A stretch of DNA of 64,000 bases from Camelus dromedarius (Eukaryota), in assembly GCF_036321535.1 (NCBI RefSeq), contig NC_087469.1:15314001-15378000 (forward strand), given 5' to 3'. Positions 25,260-37,095 of the stretch are shown here, piece after piece. The number at the start of each line of letters is the position of its first letter. The stretch's first letter is position 1. A program made the translations under genes and the position numbers. The notes beneath the pieces were generated by a model, which was not told the DNA's origin, did not search any database, and saw only the letters and a list, made by a program, of their open reading frames with translations.

Positions 25260-25520
25260 AGATGAATGATACTGAAGCCAAATAAATATTTGTCGTTCAT
25301 TTGCTTATAATGCTGTTCCCCCTACCCTGCACGCGTCCAGCTGAGCCTCAAAACTGTCTCTGGATGCTGAGGAAAGCCAGTGAATCACAAGTAAGCAAAT
25401 AAACATGATTTAGTAGGAGAAGAGAAGACTTTGCCACACCACACAACTTCCCTCTTTATTTATTTTGACAATTTGGTGTCTAATATTTACAACGGTGCTT
25501 TTGACTATCCAAGTAGTTTT
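25260..25520. promoter_or_regulatory. Candidate forkhead-site-rich enhancer
   Basis: ATAAATA, GCAAATA, ATAAACA and TATTTAC within about 220 bp of repeat-free sequence. Confidence 0.3.
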
Positions 25521-26814
25521 GAGTGTAAGGAGTGAAGACCTTGTAAACTGCGTTGCTTATTCTCTGACAGGCCTCTGGCAGGCTCATGGGGTAGAGGGCG
25601 AACAGCAGATTTTAGCTCACTAGTTAAATGACTGTATTTTTGCATAAATGTTCTTCACCATCATCAATAACTCACGACATATGTTAGGTACGTTTGCACA
25701 GAGCACTAAAACGGTACGTTCTCTTCCTCCTGGAAGTTTGTAATCTAAGAAAGGGTTTGCAAATACCTAGAAAGGGTACTTCTGTTCTTCATGCCTGTGC
25801 CCATGGCAGACATCACTAGTCAAGCACAGAGTTCTTTTTCAGCCTCTTTTCCTACATTGTATGCCAAGCAGCCACTACCAATCAATAGCACTAAGTGTGT
25901 GCAACCCTGATCGACGTACATTAGAGAGAGTGGAGAGTTAGATCAGCAAGATGTTCCTGTGACACTGGGTTGGGGGAAGGAGTGTATTGCTGCAGACCAA
26001 GGGAAATGAAATTTTATACCATCAGCTTGGGTTTCCACACCTTCCAAGTCCTAAATAACTGTGTAATTTGTAGAATGGAGGAACGGGGGCTTGGTGGGTT
26101 TCTGTACGTCTGCCCTCTCAGTGCCGTGGGTGGGAGAGAGCACTGTGGGAGATGGAACCCTTAGGAACGGCTTTGCCTCCAAGATGGGAGAATGCCAGCC
26201 CTTTGCTTAAACACTGATCACAGCCCCAGACCCTCCTCATGCCCTCCCTTTTGTAGTTCCAGTCAAGTAATTAAAATCACTTCTCTTAAACTAGTGTGGT
26301 TGGCTCAATAAGCCAAGGGCAAGTTTATGGATCTGGAGGATGGAAACGACTTTAAACCTTGGCAGTGCTGGCCGCGGAGAGGAATAGCAATTAGAATAAT
26401 TGATAACCAGGTCCTTGATGTTGAGCCACCACCCATGGCTTCTGCATGCGGGCTCGAGCCTGCTTCCCTGGCTGGGGGAGATAACAAAGCTGGGCTGGGC
26501 CACTCCGGCAGCAGTGGCCAAGTCCTGCTTCAGTGTAGGGAGGCCCGTGGTGCAGAAGCCTTTTGAACTCTCACAGTCAGCTGTGGTCTGGAAGAGAAGC
26601 TCTCTTCCTGATGAGGCGCTAAATCAGAGCACACGGTTTTCTGAGCAGATGCAGAGAAGGGTGAGGGTGTAAGGATTCCAGAGGGGACAGGCAGGAGCTG
26701 CGTGGGACTGGCTCAGCTGGCAATGGCATGCGTGAGCCGTAGGTGTTGATTTCTAGAGATGCGCCCTAGACTCTGGCTTGTCCCCCTGCCTTGATCAGTG
26801 ACAATACCACAGCC

Positions 26815-27060
26815 ACCACTAGCTGTCATTCACTGCACAATTACTGCATGCCGGACATGATGCTGCGTTTATGATCACATCATCTATTCCATCAGTTAAT
26901 TCTATCGTTTAATTGTCATATCAGTGCCACGGAGTGCTTCTCATTCTCTCTATTGTAGAGATGAAAACTCAGAGAGAGCAAACCCCCTCACTACAGTCAA
27001 ACAGACAGGAGGTGGCGAGGTTAGAAATCTGACCCCCAAAACTCATTCCCCTAACTCTCC
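26815..27060 (-). mobile_element. MIR fragment
   Basis: CTATTGTAGAGATGAAAACTCAGAGAG core with typical flanking sequence. Confidence 0.5.
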
Positions 27061-27369
27061 CGCTCTATTGCCTTGACACGGTCTGACTTGCTCTCCCACA
27101 ACTGACTCTGCCCATAAAATGTCTTTTTTTATCACTAGAAGATGCGTCTGTAGATCCCAAGAGACCTATTGATTAGACAGACGTAAGTGCACAGCATTAG
27201 CACTGTGCTTTCACATCACTGCACCAAGGAATTGAAGGTAGAGGGAAATCTCTGCGAGCGCAAAGCTCCTCACTTCACCGTACAATTTAAACCACTGCAT
27301 CTGGATTTGGGGTCCAGTTAAAGAAAGTTTCCTGTGGAGAGATCCTACTGGTGCTCATTTTTCTCCTGG

Positions 27370-29250
27370 GGGGCAGGGCCATGGCCCTTTTTTCTCAGAT
27401 GGGAAATTTAGATCCTTTTCTTCCTGCCCACAGCTCCCTAGTCTTTCCGATCTTTCTTGGCTATTTCTCAGAATATGTCCTTGGATGTCCATGAGACCTC
27501 TGCTCTCTGGCCTCTTTCTTCCTCCCTGTCCCTCAGACCTGTGCAAATCCTCACTCTTCCCGATGCAGCTCAGACACCGCGGGCCACCATGTCCCTCATT
27601 GCACTTACCCCTTGTCCTCACATCTGACTTACCCTGAACACCCCAACCTCAGATCACTTCATGGTCTGCCTCCCCTGTGCCTAGTTCTGGGATGCTGGGA
27701 CTTGCTAGACCAAATTACCTTGACACTCAGATTGGCCTCCCTGGTGTGTGTGACCTCCAGCCTCAACTGGCCCCCCTCGCTGTGTCCCACGCGCCGTGCC
27801 CCTGTGTCCGAGCTGTCTGCCCCTCCCCACAAAGGCTGAATCCCATCTTCCCCGAGCTTCCTAAACTCCACTGCTGCCTTCCCTGGCTTCTATGGGGAGC
27901 AGATGCTCCGTCCTGACTCCTCAGAGAAAATAAAGTCAACGGATCAGCGTTTTCTCAAGTCCTGTCTCCAAATCCATCATCTCGACTTTATCTGTATTCA
28001 GCCTCCCCACCTCTCCTCTTACAACACAGGAAAACCGCACCACTGCCCACAGAAGGCTGGCGCCTCCCTCTGTGCCCTGGATCCCCTACTCTCTCACTTC
28101 TGGGGACCCTGTCCTGTCAGTGTTACCCTCTCTCCTTCTTCCCAGTAGGATTAAAAGATGTGCCAGTCTCTTTCATCCTGAAAACAAAAACAACTCTGTC
28201 TTTACCCCACGTTCCTCTGCGTCTACGCGCCGGCTTTCTCCCCTCTGTTTACCGCCAGCCTTCTTGAAAGAGGTGTGCATTCACCGTACCTGTTTCTCAC
28301 CCCCTGTTGCTTCCTCATCCCACAGCGTTCTGGCGTCCATGTCCACCTGCCTCTTGAACGTCTTTCTCTGAGGTTTAACAACCTCGTTGCTCTGAATTTC
28401 AGTGACCACGGGTCACTATTTATGTCACCAGTCAGGTTTCTCTCCTTGAAGCATTCTTGCCTTGGCTTCCGTGACAGCACTCTGTCCTGGTTTCCTTCCT
28501 ACTTTTCTGGATATTTCTTCCCAGTTAGCCTTGTCGACCTCTTTTTTTTTTCCCCCTTTCTTTAATGTTGGTATTCCTTGGGAGTTCTGCCCAGATTCCT
28601 TCCGTAAACCTGGAGCAGATTTCTCTCCTGGGCTCCAGCCCCACGTAACCAAATATTTCCTGGACATCTCTATTTAAAGGCCCCAGAACCAGTGCCAGCT
28701 CAGTATGTCCAAAATGGAACTCATTGGCTTTGCTCCCAAACCCTCTCCTCCTCACGGGATCCCAGTCACTGTGAGGCTCTTCTGTCCACCCCACTGGTTC
28801 AAACCAGAAATGGGAGCATCAGTCATCATGGCTTCTCCCTGCCCTTCCACCCGTGACCAGCCCATCACTAAGCTCTCCTCATCTCACTCCTCAGCACCGC
28901 TCACCGCTCTGTCCCGGCACTCGGCAGAGCGCCCTGTCCACAGCAGGCACTCCATAAGCAGTGGCTTTGCCTCTGGGAGACGAGACACCTCCTGACTCTG
29001 GGTGCTCTGCTCCTCCCCCACTTTCCTAGTTCAGGCCACCATTATCTCTCACCTGGCTGAATCCACCCGCCTGGGTTTCCTGACCCTCACATCCTGACCC
29101 TCACCCACTCTCCTCACTGCAAAGACAGTGCCTTTCAAAACACAAATTAGGTCTCACGCTCCTGTTTACATCCTGCAGAGAGCTCTCTCCCAGCACCTAG
29201 CACAGGCCCCAGCACGTGTCAAGCACTCCAGAAGTATCTGTTCAACATAA
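27370..29250 (+). mobile_element. Long L2 LINE relic (ORF2 RT region to 3' tail)
   Basis: Translates to LGFRDSTLSWFPSYFSG (L2 RT motif), contains CAGTATGTCCAAAATGGAACTCAT, and ends with CACCTAGCACAGGCCCCAGCACGTGTCAAGCACTC. Contains many frameshifts. Confidence 0.9.
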
Positions 29251-29725
29251 GAAACGATTGGGATCTAAAACAAAGAGGATTTCCAGGCACGCAGGCAGTC
29301 TAATGCCCGTTAATTTTATGTCATTATTATATTTGCCCATTTGCAATAAGGACCATATGTGGCTTCACACACCAGCCGCACAGTCTGCACTCCAGCTCCT
29401 GTTTCCTCCCTCCTAGAAACTGGCCCCAGAGTGGCCGTCATTTCAAGGCAAGGCCATGTGGGGCTTTGAAAGAAGGGGAAGGAAAAGGATCAGCTTGGCT
29501 CCACTAAAATCCCTGTCTCTCCAAGCAAACAGGGCTGCTCCCCTGCTTGCCTGCACTCCCGCCACTGCAGGACTGCCTGGACGCCTCCATGTGTGCTGCC
29601 CCGTCCCAGGGACCCCTCCTCTCGTTTCCCCACCCCTCCTGGTTGGCTTCCCTGGAGGTTGAGAAGTTGAGAATGGAAGTTGTTATTAGCATAATTCACT
29701 TCCCAACACCCGGACGTTCAATGTG

Positions 29726-29729
<4 letters not shown>

Positions 29730-29779
<50 letters not shown>
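29730..29779. repeat. (TG)25 perfect microsatellite
   Basis: Directly visible. Confidence 0.98.
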
Positions 29780-29780
<1 letters not shown>

Positions 29781-30869
29781 TGGCAGAGGAGACAGGGAAG
29801 GAGTAAGAAATCTCCCTGGGAGCCGTGCTCTGAGGGCAAAGGGCAAGGTTGTGTGTGCCCTTGAAAGGGGCTGTCCTGGGGAGAGCCCTGCTCATATTCC
29901 CAGCGCCCTCCTTCTGCAGGGAAAAGGGTGAGGGTTTACAGGATCTTGGAAGCCCTTGCAAAGGTTTGGCCATTGCCCCTCTGCCATCCTCCACCTGCCA
30001 CACACCATCACCATCCATTTGTCACTGGAAGGCTCTCCTGTCCTTTCCCTGGGCTCTCGATGCCCTGGAATCCAGCCCATGTGCACACGTCCTGACAGGT
30101 GAGAGGGGCTGGATCCCCGGCAGCAGGCCACTGCTTTCCTCCACTGACGGGAGGCTGAGAACGAGGAAGGGATGGAGCAGAGAGCAGGAAAATGCAGTGG
30201 CTGCCCTGTAACACAGGCATAGAGTCACGGAGGCCTCCTGAGGCCCATGGGGGGATTTACGGATTAAATGGAGGAGGCTGTCAGGCCTGAGCAGAGCTCA
30301 GAAGGAGGGCTGAGCTGGGGAGCAGATGTCAGCAGCTGGGAGCTTGCCCGGCCTGCCCTCTCCTCCTTGGCATTGTGTCTTCCTGCCGTCAGTGACCACC
30401 AGTTCCCAGCTCCATCCTCCCGTGACCATCTGGGACTCAGCACTAAAATCCCCTCAGCTGCCCCTCCTGCCCGCCCAGCCCCTCCGCTGCTCCTTGACCC
30501 CAGGCGGTGGCAGTGCCCCAGCAGCTCCCCACCTGCACGTGCCTGTCTTCTCCAACCCGCTTCTGCTGCGTGCGTTCCCAGGCACTCACTCCTCTTTGTA
30601 GCTGCAACGGTGAGGGAACAGGCTGAAGCCGACAGAAATCAGACACATCTGGATCTGGGACACCCATGTCCAGAAGCACAATCTGTCCTATGCATGGCAG
30701 GCAGAGGGCTGAGACATCCTGCTTCTCTTCCCCAGTGTCCTTTTCACAACCCCCACCTTGCATGCCCCTCCCCTTCCTCGTGTCCTCACTCCCTGCCCGC
30801 ACGTCACATCACATCACATCAGGCCCCGGAGCGGAGGAGACACTGGGCAACAGCAGCAGCAAAGATGGA

Positions 30870-31030
30870 CGGGAGCCTGGCACACCTGGGTTTGAAATCT
30901 GATCAACCACCTGCTCGTTGTGCCACTCAGATAGGAATCAGACCCGTCTCCTGTAAGATGGGAAGATGAATACAGAACTAGCGGGTTGTAGAATGAAAGT
31001 CGACACGAAGCACTCCTAACAGAGAACCCA
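30870..31030 (+). mobile_element. MIR fragment
   Basis: CCTGGGTTTGAAATCTG...TCTCCTGTAAGATGGGAAGATGAATAC. Confidence 0.55.
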
Positions 31031-32639
31031 GTATCATTTCTGAACCTGCTGGGCTACTCAGAGCATTATCCTGTCATCTGATGCCCCACACATCTCTCTG
31101 GGGAGCCACCCTAAACTCCTGTGTGTGCCTACCTCCCCAGCTTCTGTCCGGATAGCTCCGTGTCTGTGGGACAGTTGAGAGACTCTGAGTACCCTGTACA
31201 GTCAGGGGCTACTCCCCACTGAACTCACGTCTCCACCTGCCCTCTTTGCCTCTGCAGAAAGCCCTCCCTGCTTCAGTGACTCTCCACCAGAATTCTTTCT
31301 GGGAGTGACGGAAGCCACCTGGCACCGGCCTGAAAGGAACGGCAACATCTCCAGTGAGAATTTCTTTCCTCACTCTGTGGTTGGGATGTTGGGCACAGCC
31401 AAGCACTGTGGAAACCTCTGATGTTCAGGTGGCTTCTGAATACTAAAGAGGGTGGGAAAAAAAGGAAAGCCGAAGGAGAAAGATGTCTCAGTCAGAAGTT
31501 TTTCTAATCGCTCTGGATATCCCCCCGTTTTTGTGGATTTGAGAGAGGGTGTAGGAAAAGGAAGGGACAAAAATCAAAAGCAGATCATTACCCGGAGCTG
31601 CTCGTCCTTTCCCCCTTGAGGCGTGACAGGGCTCTCTGCCTGCCCCATCTGCGTGCTCGAGGCTAAGGGACGAGGCAGGCAAAATATTGACAGTTGTGCT
31701 GAGAGTATAGGTTACTTGGCTCGTGAAAGGTAGAATCAATTAAAACAGAGCTTTCCACTCCCCAGGTAAATTAACTTCTGGGGAAAAAAAATCTGCTTTC
31801 CCAGCCTCAGTGTCCAGAATGTATGAAAGACAGATGAGATGAGGTCATACAAATTACTCAAAGGACAGCTTCTTACTGAAGCTCATGACACGTATGTGTG
31901 CACATGTGTGCCCACATGCACACACACACACCTTGCATACTTGGGACACAGTGGCTACTCAACAAATACTGATTGGACTTATGACTTCACGTACACATAC
32001 TCATATACTTATATGTGCTAGTTAATTATATACACCATTCTCTATCTGTTCCTACTTAGCAATGCCACACATGAGATCTGCCAGACTTCTGTGAGATTCT
32101 GCTAGGCTTATATTTTTCTTTCTCCCTTTATCATAAAAATAAACATTATTGAATAAATGAAAAATGAAGGTTCCCCCGTCCACTCTTCCTTTGGACTATT
32201 TTATGGGACAATGTAGACATGACTTTTACTCCAACCACCTAACAACACAGTAGAAAAGAAACCCAGAATTTTAAGAGTTTTTCCCACCCACTCTCTGCCC
32301 TCTGACCCCTGACCCCCTAGCAACATCTGCAAAAGAGCCAGGCACAGGAGCTTACTCTCTCATCCACCTGGCGCATTCATATGTTCTCAGAATCTCCGAG
32401 TATCCTTTCCTAGAATATGTGACCTCGGAGAGACTGTCATCCAGAGGAGGCTGTCTGAGCAGTATCCTCTACTCCGACCACCCAATTCACTTAAGCTTTG
32501 CCACCTTTGGGATCTGCAGTCTTGAATAGGTTGTGATGGACTCCTCCATTTGTAAGTGAGAATGTAGTTGAGGAGAAGAATAAAACATGAATCAAGAATG
32601 AAAAAGAATAAAGCTTCCCCATGTTGGATGAGGGTTCAA

Positions 32640-33900
32640 TGGTGGTGTCTCTCAAGGAGCTCAGAATCTGATGGGGGAACCAGACATGTGCACAGGTAAA
32701 CACAAGGCACTGTGAAGAGTGCTACAGTAAAGGTGATTCCCCAGAGTCCAGGGAGGGAGAGTCACTCTTCATGGGGGCATCAGGGCCTGGAGGATGAGTA
32801 GGAGTTTTCCAGGTATAGAAAAGATGGGGTGGATTCCATCAGAGGGAAGATTGGGAGCAAAGGCTCAGACAGAGGGATGTGCACAGAGCATTTAGAGACT
32901 CAAGGACGTGTGGCTAGTCATGGGGTAGGGAGGAGTGGCCAGAAATGAGGGCAGCAAGGTTGACTGGGGCTAGATTTCCCTGGGACTTGAAATGCTTCTT
33001 ACATCATCCTCTAGTCAATGAGAAGCTATCCTAGGACCATAGGTAGGAAATGCCTCAATCAGGTCCAGGTTTTGGAAAGACAACTCTGAAATCAGTGTAG
33101 AGAATGGATTAGAGAAGGGAATCTGCAGACAGACATTGCTTCTGAAAGAGCTGTAAATAAGCTGGAAAGGGTGATGGCTGGAACCACAGCAATGACAATG
33201 GCAACAGGAGGAGAGGGAGGCTTGTGAGCTATTGCAGAAGCATAATTCCCAAACAGAGATTGAAAGGGTGAGATCCAGGCTGCCTCAAGCACCTCTCACC
33301 TACATGACTGGCTGGGAAATGCTATCCTTCAGTGGCAATAAGGAGTAAAAGATAAGTAGAGTAGTCATTGTTTTTTTTTTTTAAATATAATTTTGCTTTG
33401 TTTTGTCTTATTTGTTTGCTGGGAGAGGATGAAAGTAGAACAGGTGACTGAGGAGAGGAGGAAATGGAGTTTAGTTTTAAAACAAATGGTTTTGCGCTGC
33501 TCACGAGCTCCACGGGTGGTGGGGTCTCACTGGTTCCTCTGAGTTTATGTAAAAGATTAAGACCAAAATTTGAGCTTGGGAGTCGTGCGCTGATCCCTGA
33601 TTGGCAAAACTATGAGAAGGAAAGAATAAAGTTAGCCAGAGAAAACAGAGAGAGGGAGAGGGAGGTATCCAGTTTGGACACACAGACCCCTTAGGAACTT
33701 TTAAGAATGTGGGCAGGGAGCCGGGTTCAGAGAGTGGTTGTGACTGTGGTCAGAGAGGAGAAAAGGCACAGGAGAGGAAGTGATCTCACAGGGCAAAGGA
33801 GAAGAGAACTTCACAGAGGTCAGTGTGGTCAGATCCCAGGGGCCAAGTGAGGTGATGCAGCCCCAGTGTTGAGTCTTAGCTTCTCCTTCCAAGTCTGAAA
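32640..33900 (-). mobile_element. Long degraded L2 (antisense)
   Basis: CTCAAGGAGCTCAGAATCTGATGGGGGA, GAGGATGAGTAGGAGTTTTCCAGG, TTTTGGAAAGACAACTCTG and CTGATTGG landmarks in L2 antisense order. Purine-rich. Confidence 0.7.
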
Positions 33901-34673
33901 AGCATCTAATGACCTAAATGGCCCCTGGGACAGGGAGTGAAGGGGAGCATGTGTGGGCATGTGGGTGGCCAGGGTGTGTTCAGGAAGAGATCAGAGGGTC
34001 GGGGTGAGGCAGGTACCCTGTGCATAGAAAAAAGGAGATCAGTTGCACACGTGACATCATCTGGAATGTAGAATTTTCTGACTTGCCCCAAAAGATGCAG
34101 AACCCAACCGAACAGATAGAAAACAAAGAGACACAACAACAAAAGGGAAGTCAGAGAAGACAGAACAAAAGCACACAGAGCCTGTTCTGGCTGGAGCAGA
34201 ACATGACCCAGATTTACAGCCGGGAGACCCGGAGCCCCATCAGGGAAGTAGGCTGCGGAGTGAGTCAGCCAGGCCCAGAAACCAAAAACCCAGCCTGCCG
34301 GAGTCCCCTTGGGTACCAAAGTTCCTGGAGAATCTATTCACGGCTTCCAATTTCCCCCTCATCAGACTGCACATTTGCCTGAGAGCGATTCCACACTCAA
34401 CATAACTCAGCCCAGAAAAATGCCCCTGTGTGCCTTCTTTTCAGTGCAGAATTTCAGCTTGGCTTAAGTAACACCACGCGACAGGCACAAAGATGTGAGC
34501 CGAGAGCTCTTAATTGCATCAGAGGGCTGTGGGAGCCGCCCCACCCCCATCTCCCGGGCTCCCAACAAAACTGGAGGGAGGAGGCAGGAGGGGCGTGTAA
34601 TTTGTTCATTTCTTACATTTTATGGAACACTTCACTTTGCTTTCAGCATAATTGTTGTTGTACTTTTTGCTGT

Positions 34674-34853
34674 NNNNNNNNNNNNNNNNNNNNNNNNNNN
34701 NNNNNNNNNNNNNNNNNNNNNNNNNNNNNNNNNNNNNNNNNNNNNNNNNNNNNNNNNNNNNNNNNNNNNNNNNNNNNNNNNNNNNNNNNNNNNNNNNNNN
34801 NNNNNNNNNNNNNNNNNNNNNNNNNNNNNNNNNNNNNNNNNNNNNNNNNNNNN
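34674..34853. other. N-run, 180 nt (unknown sequence)
   Basis: Directly visible. Confidence 0.99.
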
Positions 34854-34860
34854 AAACCCT

Positions 34861-34880
34861 TGACGTGTTACTGTGGTAAC
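34861..34880. promoter_or_regulatory. CRE half-site abutting a palindromic RFX X-box
   Basis: TGACGT (34861-34866) directly followed by GTTACTGTGGTAAC (34867-34880), which fits GTTRCY-N2-RGYAAC. Confidence 0.45.
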
Positions 34881-35439
34881 AGGAGCAACTCGGGAAGTTC
34901 ATGAATGAAGCCCATTGTGCCTCCAAAGCTTTCTCTCCCCCTTTCTTTGCAATGTTTGGGTCTCCCTTGTGCCTGCTCAGCCCCGTGTGCACCGCGTTAG
35001 AACGGAGCTCCTCCCAAATGTCTCCAAACCCATCCGTGGTGCCCATCACTTTTCTGCCCAACTCTAGAGTTTGGGGCAGGCTTTTCCGGACTTTTCCTAA
35101 GCTTTCCAGGGCTCCGTGGCAAGAGTTTCCCTTTCTCCTTCAAGGTTTCTCCAAGCTCAAAGGCTGTGTCTACGATCCATCCACTTTCTTGGTTCAAGTG
35201 TTCCGCCCTCCTGTGCCTGGAACTCACACCCAGGAAGGCTGCGGAGGATGCAGGGCGGGGCACTGGATCCCCTTCATTCCGCTGCCTCCACTCGGTTTAC
35301 CATCTTCCTTCACAGCAGCCACCTCATCATCTTCACGCACTCAGTCCTGCTCCCCCAAGCCATCCCCTACCCAATGCAGTCCAGAGGGGCTGACCGAACT
35401 GCCTAGCTGGTCATGCCATATCCCTGCGTAAAAGCCCCC

Positions 35440-35915
35440 AGCCCTCCTTGATCTCAGGATTGTGACCCAAATCCTCCCCACATCTTCTTACAGAGCTCTT
35501 CATCACCTACAGACCGGGCATCCCACTGGCCCCAGGGCCCCCACCCTCTTCTACCCGCGCTCTTCCCAGCCACACTGAACGACTCAACCAGACGATGCAG
35601 TCATTCCCCTCCGGGCTTCACATTCTATTCCGTCTTCCCAGTACCCTCCCCTCCTGATCGTCCATTCTCACGTGGACAAGAAGTCCTCACCTTCTCTCAG
35701 AAACCTTTGTGGAGTTGAACACCCCACTGCTGAGCGCTCTGCACTTATCCCAGCACAGACTTCTGCGTGTTATCCATGCGTGTCTTCCTCCCCAGCTCAT
35801 CAACACCCTCCTTGAGGGAAGGGCCCATATTGTGGGTGCTGCTGTATCTCCAGCATTTACTCCAGTGCCTGGCACATGGCATGTGCTAAAGTCAAGACTG
35901 AGTGAATGAGTGACA
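35440..35915 (+). mobile_element. L2 3' end
   Basis: CTCCTTGAGGGAAGGG...GTATCTCCAGCATTTACTCCAGTGCCTGGCACATGG...TGAGTGAATGAGTGA. Confidence 0.75.
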
Positions 35916-36779
35916 GACTGGACTCTCTTATACCTGTCCCTTCTTCCTCCCTCCCTCCCTCCCTCTAATCTTTTTCCTTCCCTTTGTCCTTTGCAGTCAA
36001 TCAGTCCGCAAGCATCCACTACTGGTCATGGAAAGAGAAGAAGGATACAACGGAGACCCTCCCTATCTTCTGGGAGCCCAGGTGTTGTGGACTCCACGCT
36101 TGGGACAATCTTACAATACTTCTCTTTTGAACACTCCCTAAGAAAACCCTCTAGGATGGCCATCCTAGGAAACAAATTTATTTTACGTCCGAATCTGCTT
36201 TCTAGTAGCAAGTGTAAGAGTGAGGATCTGAGTAGTCTAGAGGTTTCCAAATAATTCAGATGTGGAATGGCAACAGTCGTATGCCTGTCCTCATTCTTCC
36301 TTATGGCATCCTTGGAAAGGCTGGCACCAGTTTCCAGACGGCAGCCACGAGGCAGGAAAGTTGGATTCAATCTCCTGATGGCAAAGGGGAAAGATGGTGA
36401 CAAACACTGCAGAGCAGGGTGCTGTGTTCTCCCCTGGATGGGTGGGGACGAGGCCCCCATGTCCCAGGGAGAGTATAAAGATTTTATTTCCACGGCTGCC
36501 TGGAAATAAGGCTGCACCCTTACCCTCAGCACACAGCAAAGGAAGAAGAAAGAGAGTAAGTATGTCTCAAGGAGGCTTCGTATTGATTTTAAAATCCTTG
36601 CTGACAAGAAAATGATTTGAGTCCATCTCCATGTTGTGGCTGCAGCCTGGTGCTTCCCCTGCCTCTGTCTGACATCGCAGAGCAGAGTTCATCAGGTAGC
36701 TCCCTGGCTGACACTCTAATCCTGACTTTCCAACAGCCTCTCACTCGATTGTCCAGAATAGGAAAGAGTATGCGTGTAA

Positions 36780-37095
36780 GGGGTGCCGCGTGGCTCCCTG
36801 GGTCTCATGCGGAAAGCCGTTGAGCGGGCCAATTTCAGGGGCCCTGTTTTAAGGCAGATTTAGAAGAATACATTTTAACAGCCCTGGTTGGCCTCACGCA
36901 GATAGGACCACGACCGTCAACATTCCTGTCCCAAGGGAGGCTTTTGGCCCACGTGAACAGCCAAGGCCCAGAGCACCCAACCCAACAGGCGTCAGCCCTC
37001 CCCGGGCCGTCCCCGCGGCGCCTGCTCCCTGCCCGCTCTCCCGGCCAGGCGCCGCGCGCCTGCGGGGACAGCCTTCTCTCTGCACGGCCGGAATC
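36780..37095. promoter_or_regulatory. Small orphan CpG-rich cluster
   Basis: CCCCGGGCCGTCCCCGCGGCG...GGCGCCGCGCGCCTGCGG has a much higher CpG density than the surroundings, but is shorter than a classical CpG island. Confidence 0.45.

Noticed and set aside
28401-28417. Perfect inverted repeat AGTGACC-ACG-GGTCACT
   Set aside because: It lies inside the L2 relic, has everted rather than ERE geometry, and a 7-bp arm is expected by chance in 64 kb.
30268-30969. 233-aa ORF
   Set aside because: Pro/Ala/Ser-rich translation of C-rich sequence that runs into a MIR. No homology recognised.
9043-34853. The four N-runs as consecutive exons of one gene
   Set aside because: The flanks give no consistent GT/AG polarity: gaps 1 and 4 look + strand, gap 2 looks - strand and gap 3 neither. 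Kept only as separate open questions.
9005-34904. ORFs that run through the N-runs
   Set aside because: Artefacts: Ns translate as X and never produce a stop.
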